A stretch of DNA of 64,000 bases from Octopus vulgaris (taxonomy: Eukaryota). The translations under genes were made by a program, and so were the position numbers. This document shows positions 37,516 through 50,000 of the stretch, piece after piece. How positions within the stretch are numbered: position 1 is the stretch's first letter; every line of letters begins with the position of its first letter. The notes under the pieces were generated by a model, which was not told where the DNA came from, did not search any database, and was given only the letters and a program-made list of their open reading frames with translations. The stretch spans positions 22,754,001 to 22,818,000 of the forward strand of contig OX597815.1 in NCBI GenBank assembly GCA_951406725.2, read 5' to 3'.

Positions 37516-40418
37516 TACCCCAGTCAATCAACTCCTCACATTGATCCCCACCTCCCTCATTGCAGCTCTTCCACACTCCTGATATCACTTTTCTCTCCTG
37601 CTAGCCAGATCCATCCCACTTGTCAGCCCTTCTTCAGTTACTGATATTATTCCCCACACCCACATGTTACAGTGGCCATCCTCTCCTTGGACCACCAAAT
37701 TATCTCTTCTCGTGCATTACATTTGTCTATCTCTCTATTCTGCTTCTGCAATCTAGCCAAACACATTGTTCTCTTTTCTCGTTATTACTACCCTGCTACT
37801 AGCACCTTCTAGCTTCCTCTCATTTGTGCACTCCTCATTTCAACAATTTCCAATCTTTACAGATAAATATGCTGTGCTTGAGAAGACCTGGCAAGCCACA
37901 TGAGACCATAACCTTGTGACCTATGCCAGGGATGTAACCAGCCCACTTATGCATACCTTCCCTTCATTGGACACTGCTTGCGAAGACCTGTTGAGGCAAG
38001 TGAAATCGAAATCAAATTCGATGACTGGCATCCGTGCTAGTGGAGCACTAAGAGCACCATCCAAGCGTAATCGTTGCCAGAGCAGCTAACTGGTGTCCGT
38101 GCCCATGATACATAAAAAGCACCATTCAAGCATGATCGTTACCAGCATCACCTTACTGGCACTTGTGCCGGTGTGCAGGTGGCACGTAAAAAAAAAAACA
38201 CCATTTGGGTGTAGTCGTTCCTAGTGGCACGTAAAAGCACCCACTACACTTGGAGCCTGGTGCAGCCATCTAGTTCGCCAGTCTTCAGTCAAAATCATTC
38301 AACCCATGCTAGCATGGAAAGCGGATGTTAAACAATGATGATGATGCTGATGATGACAGATGTTACCTACCTACCTTCCCTCTCTCCCACTTCACTCATA
38401 CACTCTTGAAAATCCTCATCCACTACTACTACTTGAGGTGTCACCTGGACGTCTCATCACTACTAACTATCTCCTGGAAGATACCATCAATTCTCTCTCT
38501 CTCTCTCTCTCCCCTAAATGTGAATAGCTATGTAGCTCCTCTACAACAAAAACTGGTCTACCACAACCTCTTCCTTCATATCTTAGCCTCTTGTTAACAT
38601 AAGGACACAGCAACCACACCTCAGGTTAGTAAAACTTGCAAACTAGATAGTGACCTCAATAGTGCTGCTGGCATGAAAAAAAGCACCAAGTAAACACTGT
38701 AAAGTGATTGAGATTAGAAAGCGCATTCAGCCATAGAAACTATGCCAAAGCAGACAATAGAGCTTTATTTGATAACCAGCTGATCTAGTAAGTGGGGCCT
38801 CATATCAGTGAGGGGGGCATGCGCGCATTGATGCCGTCAAGAAGTAGGCCCCAAAGTGGCGCGCATTCTCTCCTGATGACCCCATACACTTGCTGGCTTC
38901 CGATATGTGGAGTTTTTGACTGGTAGCACTTGCATGTGCAAGTTGTTTGCAAGACATCGATGCCATCCTTGGACTCATCAGATCCTTGTCAAATGAACCA
39001 ACCCATGTCAGCATGGAACATGGATAGTCGGCGGCGGTGCCAGCGGTGCATATATGACCTAGTTCAATAACCACTTCCAAAACTACAAAATTAATGAAAA
39101 TACACAAAATTACAAAAACATTTTAATCCCGATTCTGGCAAGTAATTTTCTTTTTAGGTATAAGGCATGATTGTGAGGTTAAGAAGCTGGCTTTGCAACC
39201 ATGTCATTTCAGGTTCAGTCCTGCTGCAGGATACATAGGGTGTCTTTTACTATAGCCTCAAGCTGACCAATGCCTTCTGAGTGAATTTGGTAGAGGAGAA
39301 ACTGTGTGGAAGCCTGTCGTGTGTGTGTGGTGGGTGTGGTCTTTGTGCTTGTCTCCACCATCACCATTTGACAACCAGTGTCAGTATATTTAAGTCCCTG
39401 TAACTTAATGGTTCAACAAAAGAGACCAATTGAGTAAGTACCAAACTTAAAGAAATAGAACTGCGGGACTGGATACTAGAGTATGACTATACCCTTCAAA
39501 GTGGTACCCCAGCATGACCGCAGTCCAATTATTGAAAGGAGTAAAATTATAAAATGATCTCAAGCAGAAATATATATTCAACATACATTTAAATATTTAG
39601 AAATGATAAAAAGATTTTTGAGAGCCATTGTAAACTGAGATGTAACAAATTGAGGATACATAAGTTATAACTTACTTTTAATCATGCTGACATCATTAGC
39701 ACCATCTCCAATTGCAAGAGTAACAGACTTTTTGTTGCGTTTCACCAAATCAACTACACGAGCTTTCTGAAGTGGTGTTACACGACAGCAAATCACAGCC
39801 TTGCAGAGACAGCCAACTTCCAAAAGCAACGATTCCATACTTTTCTCAAGAGCATGAATCTAAGACAAAATATTAAATAATTAAAAGAAATAATTTTTTT
39901 TTTCTTATAACAGGTCTTCCATTGAAGCAAATATTATCATTATCGTTAAAAATTTTTTAGTATGTTAATCTAAAATACAAATTATAATGATGATCCCCAT
40001 TCCTGTGTCCCCCCACCAACCCACACCTTCCACACACCCTTAGAATTAGCACACTCAATGTGGTGATCATGTGATGTGTATGGATGTGGACAGCTGTGTA
40101 AAGAAGTGCCAAGGAGAGGGGCTTTCTCCGTCCGGATTGCGGATCCGTGGAATAAGCTGCCAGACGAGATGGTGAAGATGCCGATGACCGCTCGGTTCAA
40201 AGTCTCCCTTGACCTCAAGTGGCCTGAACTCTTTACATGAACACCACCCTGTACATAACTCCATGTCCCCCTACATGGCCTTGCTTTTTGAGCCAAAAAA
40301 TTAACTAACTAACTAACTAAGTTCTAATTGTGGAGGGAACCTGTGGAAGGGGTTGACCCAGGAAGATGTGGGACAAAGTGGTGAGAAAGGATCTTTGGAC
40401 ATTGGGCCTCACTGAGGA

Positions 40419-40450
<32 letters not shown>

Positions 40451-43228
40451 AATTATTGTATACAGTGCTCTGGTGCACCACAACTTATCAAAAGCGCATA
40501 TAAAGCACATGCAGTAATGTACAAATGTCTAAATGTACTGTAATGTAATGTAATGGTTGGTATTAGGAAGGACATTCAGCCATCAAAACCATGCAACAAT
40601 GGACAATTGGAGTATGGACAGCTCCATGGCTGGCCAGTTGCATGTCAAACCGTCCAACCTATACTTGTCAAAAGCACATATAAAGCACATGCAGTAATGT
40701 ACAAATGTACTCTAATGTGATGTAATGGCAAGGGAATGGGAGTTGTGGCAATTTGCTGTACTTGAGAAGATGCATCAAGCTAAGCAAAATCACTGTCATC
40801 CATAGATACAGGTTTGTCCTTTACAGGTGCTGGTGCCACATAAAATGCACTTGTGCTGGTACTGCAAAAGTGCACCCAAGCTGGTGGCACATAAAAAGCA
40901 CCCAGCACGCTCTGTAAAGTGGTTGGTATTAGGAAGGACATCCAGCCATCGAAACCATGCAACAATGGACAATTGGAGTATGGGACAGCTCCATGGCTGG
41001 CCAGTTGCATGTCAAACCATCAAACCTATGCCAGCATGGAAAACAGACATTAAACAGTAATGATGAAGAAGAAGAAATCTTAAATAGTACTTACCAAACT
41101 GTGACCATTAATAACCAGAGCATATTGGTTAGGTTCAATTTCTTTTCCAAAGGTAGCACCATCAACGTCCTCATACATATTACCATTTCCAAAACAGCTA
41201 CTGCCATGACAGTAGTTATTTATGTGCTGGAGAGATTTCTTCAGCTGATCTTGGACCTCGTCATATTCTTCTCCATCAACAATGAATATTTCTTCCATTT
41301 CATCCGTGAGTAACTTACAGGAATAACCGATATTAATTGCAGTCTCTGGAATGTCAGAGGGAAAAAAAAAAAAGAAACAGTATTATTACAAAAAAGATAG
41401 TTTCAATAGTAAAACTAAGAAGTAGAATGAATATTGCAATTGACATTAACAGTGAGATTCTATAATAATGGTTTAATAAGAATAACATTTCGTTTTTGGA
41501 TTTGGTTTGCAAGATTCTTTATATGAGTTCATGTGTTGAAGCATATTCTGTTGTGTCTGGGGAGAGTCATTTTCTTTTTGTGCCTTATAATGTAACACAC
41601 TCACCGATAAAATTTCCACTTATTTTATTTTTATTTTCCTAAAATTTTCATTGCGTCTTGCAATGTTTTCAATAGTCTTGACTCTGTCCTTTATTTACAA
41701 TCACAGACAGAGTCAAGACTATTGAAAAGGTTGCAAGACACAACGAAAATTTGAGGAAAATATAAATAAAAATAAGAAATAAGTGGAAATTTTACTGCTG
41801 AGTGTTACATTATAAGGCACAAAAAGAAAATGACTCTCCCCAGATACAAGAGAATAATAAAGATATCATCACCATTTAATGTCTGTTTTCCATGCTGACA
41901 TATGTTAGACAAGAACCAGCAAGCCTGGGTATGACATTAAACTGCAACAGTTTCATCCTGATAAAACTGCAAGTTCAGGAGTTCTAGAGTTGAGCAAAGC
42001 ATGGAGTCACCCCTTAACTACCATTACTTCAAGGTCTGCTCTAACCTGGAATGGTAGTACCTGTTTAGGTCCTATCTATGGGTTAAATAGGCTTTTGTAA
42101 GTATAGATCAATCTCCTTAGTTGGGGTGAAAGCAATCAATCTAGGAGAAAGAAAACTCCAAGATAAATACCTATTTATTTACTACCCACAAGGGGTTAAA
42201 CACAGAGGGGACAAACAAGGACAGACAAACGGATTAAGTCGATTACATCGACAACAGTGCGTAACTGGTACTTAATTTATCCACCATGTAAGGATGAAAG
42301 ACAAAGTCAACCTCGGCGGAATTTGAACTCAGAACATAAAGGCAGACGAAATACAGCTACGCATTTCGCCCGGTGTGCTAACGTTTCTGTCAGCTCGTCT
42401 CCAAAATAAATACCCTCTTCCAAAATGCCCTAAGCTAGCACAGAAGAGTGTTGCTGATGAAACTAACATAAGGGATGTCCAATAACATAAATTCATACTA
42501 TGGAGGCAACTACTATCTCATTTGAGTACAAGTGGAGATAGTAGAAAATGATGAATGAGCAAGCCAGAGGACTGTACCAAAGTGGACATTAGATGATGAT
42601 GATGTTGATGATTACAATTACACTTCCAACCATTTCAAAACTTAAAGAATTGTGGAATTTACCTTGTTTGTCTCCAGTTAGTACCCAGATTTTGATCCCT
42701 GCTAATGCCAAATTGGCTATTGTTTCTGGAACACCATCCTGGAGTTTGTCTTCAATGGCTGTAGCACCAAGTAGAGTGAGATTTTTCTCTATTTCTTCAA
42801 ATAAGTTATTCAACTTGTCATCACGATTCTCCAGTGAAATACTACCGAGAACAGAGAAACAATCAACAAGATTAGAAAGGTGTAGGAAAATGTTACTGAC
42901 TACAGGAATAGTAATTATTTTGGCATCAACCAGATATTTTATGAAAGAAATTTGATAGAAACTCATGCATGCACATGTGAGTGCATACATATAATATATG
43001 CATATATGTATATATTTTTTGCTGGTGCATATTGAAGTGAAAAGACATAGGCAGGAGTACAAAAATGATGATCTATGGACAAAATCTCTTGAGATATATA
43101 CTCTGCAATCAAGGTAGACAATCCCTGGACACTCACTGTTAGAAATGCTGTGAACCAATAACTGGCCTCTTAAAGACTTATCATTTACAAATAATATTTG
43201 TTAAATAATAATAATAATAGTAGTAATG

Positions 43229-43290
<62 letters not shown>

Positions 43291-46200
43291 TCGCACCATT
43301 CGAGCGTGATCGTTACCAATGTCGCCTTACTGGCACCTGTGCCGGTGGCATGTGTAAAAGGATTCGAGCGAGGTCATTGCCAGTACCACCTGACTGGCCC
43401 CCGTGCCGGTGGCACGTAAAAAGCACCCACTAAACTCTCGGAGTGGTTGGCGTTGGGAAGGGCATTCAGCTATAGAAACTCTGCTAAATCAAGATTGGAG
43501 CCTGGTGCAGCCTTCTGGTTTGCCAGCCCTCAGTCAAAATCGTCCAACCCATGCTAGCATGGAAAGTGGACGTTAAACGATGATGATGATGATGAATAAT
43601 GGGTATACTGGGCTTCGTATATTTTACCCCAGTGTCACTTTGATGGCATGCACTGCTCTCTCATTCAATGAAAGTAGTAGTAGTAGTAGTAGTAGTAATG
43701 GTGGTGGTAACTGTGGTGAAATATAATGCCTCATAAATGAAAATTATAGATTTTTTTAGAGTTTATTTACTTTACTTGAAATCTTACTGTGACTTGCAAC
43801 ATTTTTCCTTAAGCTTACAATTTTGAAGTAAGACACACCTAACTTAAAGATTCAGTGTCTTCTTGATATTCAGTATGCTTGTTTCAATAAATTTTGTCAT
43901 AATAAAACTAAATACCTGGCTTCATGATGTCGCTTCTTCCAGTCAGCATAAACTTGAGGTTCAATTTCTTTTGCAGCAAGGCACAATGTTCGCAAACCAT
44001 CTTGGGCGAATTGCTACAAAAATGAATATGTTTCTTTTTTATTAAATATGCAGTTTAATTAAATAAAAGTAAAGTTATAAATGATATGTAAACAAATAAA
44101 AATTACACAGATGCATTATAATGGCATATATAAATGAAACGAAAAGTATATATGAAACTGCACACAAGATAATTTGGATCTTTTCAGTTTGAACGGCAAT
44201 TTTTTCTAGCGGTGTCATATGAAATTGTCACCCATAATTATGACCCTAAAATCGATCTATTGCATTTCAATTTCTTTTAGGGTTAGAGTTAGGGGTGAGG
44301 GAAGGGTATCTTTTTTTCTTTACAAATGTAAATAAACCCAATCTGTTTCTTAAACGAGGGACATATTCATACGGCACAAAATGCTTTTCAACTCAATGGA
44401 CATCATCGATTGGTTGAAATTGCAAAAATTGAAGAAAAAAAACAACAAATATCTTACAAACTATAGAATTTTCTCAATGAAGCCAAGAGAAAAAGATGTT
44501 TTATAAACACATTCTACCAGTATACGAAGTTTAAAATCTTTTAGTTACCTAGAAATTATGTTAAAAACTGCCGTTCAAACCGAAAAGATCCGATAATTTT
44601 GTTTTAATATGAACATACTAGAAAATAATTACCCTCGCTTTAGCTATCAACTTACATTTAAGTGTTCTACAGTCAGTTCCTTGAGATTGTTTGATTCTGG
44701 AGAGAGCAGTGTAAACACCAATGTGTCGGCACCTTTACAAAGCAGCTGTATAACACCATCTTTCTGAACTATCACCTGCAGAAAAGAAATATAGCCAGAG
44801 AGAAAGTAGACCATTATAGTATTACTATTTAATCCAAGTTAATAGAAAGGGTATTAAAATAGAAAATATTTTACATGGAAGTTTAATATTTGTTCATCAC
44901 ACTGGGCCAATTCCAAACCATTATTATAATTTAACAGTCATTTTACATATGCTACACTTTCACACATTCCAGATATAATTATATCAGTTTATGCTACATA
45001 CAATAGACATCAATATGCATTCCTTTCCTTCTTAGGACACAAAACTCTGCTTGCGAAGACCTGAGGAGGCAAGTGAAATCGAAATCTAAATCGAAATTGC
45101 TCAAAAATCAATGGAAATTGTAGTTGTGATACCAGTGCCGGTGGCATGTAAAAGAACCATCCGAATGGGGCCGTTGCCAGCCTCGCCTGGCACCATGCTG
45201 GTGGCATGTAGAAAGCACCCACTACACTCACGGAGTGGTTGGTGTTAGGAAGGGCATCCAGCTGTAGAAACACTGCCAGATCAGACTGGGCCTGGTGCAG
45301 CCTCCTGGCTTCCCAGGCCCCAGTCGAACCGTCCAACCCATGCTAGCATGGAAAGCAGACGTTAAACGATGATGATGATGATTCCACTTGAGTAAATTCA
45401 CAGTTACAATTAAAAGCACCAACAGAAATAAACCTATGACAACTTACAGACATTCTTTTTCTAACGTTGTTGAAATCTAGGATACACAGCAGTTCATAGG
45501 TTTCCTCGGTACCATTCACTTCAATAGTAATAGTGTTTGGAGTACGAGACTGAAAAAAAAATAAGAGAAATTTTGTCTTTAAGCCAACACAGTAAACATT
45601 AATAAACTCAGAAATCAAGGAGAGGCAGCATATCAGCAAGTGTTTCACAATAACAAATATTATAATTTTGCAGGACATTAATCCTTTCTCTATAAATTAC
45701 AAAATACAAAGTTATATCTTGAGATCACTAGTGACAACAACACTCAAAATATATAACAGACTGGAATTGTAGTGCTCAAATGAGCCGTATACACTTATTA
45801 ATCCAAGGGGTGGCAACGTGAGCAGCAACTAAAGGAACATTACAAAATCCACAGAAAGATCAAACACATACATATATTCATATATTCATTTATATCTACA
45901 GAACTGATACAAAGTCCGGCGTTTAAAAATATAGTAATATATAAATATATAAACATCATATAAAATTATATAAATATATAAGAATGAATGTTGCATATAT
46001 AACACATTGAGATAGATAGAGTGTTTATCATATTTATATGTACACTATGCTTTTATTAGCATCAGATCACAATTACATTCATCAACAACCAAACAGCCAA
46101 ACATATTTAACTTATGCATTAAAGGTAAAGACCCTCTTTGGTCATGAATGACAACGGGATTGCACCTAGAAAGTTATCCACCATGGCACAAGTCCAGGCA

Positions 46201-47024
46201 AGGTTGTTTATGGATGACCAGCAGTCCACCCATGCATACCAGTTTCCCCTCTCCACACCACCAATGTTAGGTCAAAACAGCTTGGCACCAGTGACATCGC
46301 AACTCTTTTCTACAGCTGAGTGAACTGGAGCAATATGAAATAAAGTGTCTTGCTCAAGAACACAACACACAGCCCAGTCTGGGAATCAAACTCACAACCT
46401 CATGAGTGTGAGCCTAACACTCTAACCACTAAGTCATACACCTATCAAATATATATTCAAACCTTTGCACATATACAAAAGATCGAAATTACATATATCG
46501 TTTTATGTCTATTGAATATTCATTTGCATTTGTAACAGATGTTGAAAATTACAGTTTGTCTATTCAATAAATCTTCAGTCATTTTCATTTCATTTTCATT
46601 TTATCTAGTTTCAGCTCATGAGCTGTGGCCATGCTGGGGCACCGCCATTCGGTGTTGCTACATGATTTTACTTCACGAATGCATTTTAGCAATTGACATT
46701 TGGTGCATGAGTTTGATGCAGCTGCCCTCATCTGCACCTTCTGCCATGAAGTTGGTTCATCTGGGAAACATTTTTCAGAAAAATTCAAGCAAATTTCTAA
46801 TTTCTTTTCTGCACAAATTCTATGGTTATGTGTTATTTACAAAGCTATTAAAAAGTTTACCAAGCTGTTTTGCATAATACTAAGTACACAAGTACACCAA
46901 GGTTACCCAAGCACATGGTTTTAGGTTCAGTCCCATTAGGTTCAGTCACCTTGGGTAAGTGTCTTCTACTATAGTCTCAAAGACTAGTGAATGTATTTGG
47001 CAGATAGAAAATGAAAGAAGCCTG

Positions 47025-47056
<32 letters not shown>

Positions 47057-50000
47057 ATGCACATGTGCATCGAGTGTGTGTATGTATATACATATATGTA
47101 TGTGTGTTACTGTCACCTTGCCTTGATATCACATGGGAGTCATAACCAAGTGCCAGCATCATGCAAACTGTGTTCTTCCTTTCCAATCTTCCATGAAAAT
47201 ATGTCTGGTTATGAGGAAATATTACCTTACTTAGAAACAGGTGATGGCTAACAAGAAAGGTGTCTGGATAGAGAAAATCCACCTCAATAAATTCTGTCCA
47301 ACCCATGCAAGCATGGAAACGTGTGCATTAAAACATTGATTCTGACTCATAACCTTTATGATTGACAATATGTAAATACAAGGATTGATTTCATTTTTAT
47401 GACCCCCCCCCCCGTGCCACTGGTCCCGTGCCGGTGGCACGTAAAAAGCACCATCCGATTGTGGCCGTTCGCCAGCCTAGTCTGGCACTTGTGCAGGTGG
47501 CACATAAAAAGAACCCACTACACTCTCGGAGTGGTTGGCATTAGGAAGGGCATCCAGCTGTAGAAACACTGCCAGATCAGACTGGGCCTAGCACAGCCTT
47601 CTAGCTTCCTCAGACCCCAGTTGAACCGTCCAACCCATGCTAGCATGGAAAACGGACATTAAACGATGATGATGATGATGATGACTCACCTTACAAAATG
47701 AGCCATCTACATAACCCAAAGAAATATTTATTTGTTAAATGTTTACAATGGAATAGGCCTCTTGATCAGGACAGATTTGTGCAATTTTTCGCAAAAAAAC
47801 TTTGTTGATTTTTTCCTTTTTAATTTATTCACATGACATTATTCATTAAAACTTATTAATTATTGAAACTTCAGAAGTTCTTACAACTTTGGTCATTGTA
47901 ATGCTTTGCTTTCTTTTGTTTAATAAAAATTCCTCTTTAATGATTTTGCTTTCATTTTGTGATATTTTTATTAAATAAAAGAAAGCAAAGCATTACAATG
48001 ACCAAAGTTGTAAGAACTTCTGAAGTTTTAATAAGTTTTAATGAATAACGTCATGTGAAATGGTCAAACAAACATGTAAATAAATTAAAAAGGAAAAAAT
48101 CCTCAACAGAGTTTTTTTGCGAAAAATTGCACAAATCTTTCCTGATCAAGAGACCTATTCCATTGTAAACATTGCCCAACAATGACAGGCTATTCAGCTA
48201 GATTTTTAATATCTCTTCACATTGAAATGAAAAATTTACCGTGAATACAAAACCAAAATTTCGGGCAGCAGATACAAGAGCATTCTCATCAGGAGACTGG
48301 GCTTGATATTCCAAACCTAACAAAAATATAAATTTTAAAGCATTCTTAAAAAGAAAAGACATTACATTTGATTATCTTTATGACATAAACTGAAAAGAAG
48401 ATGCTGAGCCAACAGACATTTTAGGGTGTTCTGGACTATGTAAAATGAGGTAACTTGGAATTTCTACAATTTAGCTGGAATGTCTACCAAAATTCAGTTG
48501 AAATTAGGAATCAGTGAACAAAAATTTTTGAAATTTCCTCCACACAACAAAGAAATTTGTCACCAACATATTGAACTGCCAGTGAAATTAGTGGAGGGGT
48601 ACAAATAAATAGAAACTAAAAGCTATATGTTAACAGAAATGACAAATCTAAGCAAGTTCAACTAGATGAGCAGGAATAGGAAGTTTCAGTGGAATGCAGT
48701 TCTTGAAAAAACGGATTAGAAATGTTTAGTTTGATGTCTTCAGATTAAAATGGAATTATCATCATTGTTTTGAGCCTGCTTTGCATGTTGGCATGGATTG
48801 GACAAGTCAGTGAGGTCCAATTCAGTTTATTTTTATTTACTGCCCTTGTGGACAGATTGGAAGATCAGGTCTCATTCACACATTTAAATTTTTGGTTTGG
48901 TTTTTACGACTTGCTAATTCTCCTAATACCCACTGCTTTACAGGATGTAATAGTGACATTAAAAGTGATAAAATTGAAGAACAGAGACAAATGCATGAAA
49001 CTTCTGTTACCTAGGAGATCTAATTAACAGTAGAGGCGATCATAATAAGATGTGAAAACATTCAGGAAGCTATCTTTTTTGCTTCTAATTTTCTTGATTT
49101 TAATGATCTATTCTTTGCATGAAGGTTAATGGAATGTATCATTCTATTTCTTTCAGCTTCTTTATTGTCCTAAAGTTATCACTGTTAGCAAGAGGGAAAA
49201 GATCCTTTCTTTTATGGAAGGAAGACAAACGTTTATTTCTTTTAGTGGGAATTGCGAAATCTAGAATAATTAAAAGTTAGAAAAGTGGGGACTTGGGAAC
49301 AGTAGACAAGGGAGGGCACATAAAACTAACCCCTAGTGACCTGAAGTACACCATTACTTCCTTCTTAAAGAATGTCACTACCAGTCATCATTCATCATCA
49401 TCATCGTTTAACGTCTGTTTTCCATGCTAGCATGGGTTGGACGGTTCGACTGGGGTCTGGGAAGCCAGGAGGCTGCACCAGGCCCAGTCTGATCTGGCAG
49501 TGTTTCTACAGCTGGATGCCTTTCCTAATGCCAACCACTCCAGGAGTGTAGTGGGTGCTTTTTAAGTGCCACCGGCAAAAGTGCCAGGCGAGGCTGGCAA
49601 TGGCCACGATTGGTTGGTGCTTTTTACGTGCCACTGGCACGGAGGCCAATCGAGGTGGTGCTGGCAACAGGTGAAAGGGGAAAATGAATATATACATGTC
49701 ATGAGATATTTTTTGAAAGAAATTCTGAAAATTCCCATTTTTGAAAGAAAATATCATTACAGAAAGCTACTCATAGAACTGTTTTTCTTCATTTTCCTTA
49801 CATCATTAATTTATGTTTATTTTTTACCAACTCCAACGTTGATGAAACCACAGTAATCTACACACTACCTTATTACAGAAGGTAAGATACAGTGGATAAT
49901 GTAATCCAAGATACACTCACTACAAGACAGAATGATCATAGCTGCAAGACCTTTCATCAACAGTCTCTTTGATCAGAAATGTCCTGGAGTTAAACAACAA

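Noticed and set aside
47690-47706. Possible 17-nt microexon (TAG|...AAG|GTGAGT on minus)
   Set aside because: It would shift the frame, the flanking exons already join in phase, and the donor overlaps a repeat tail
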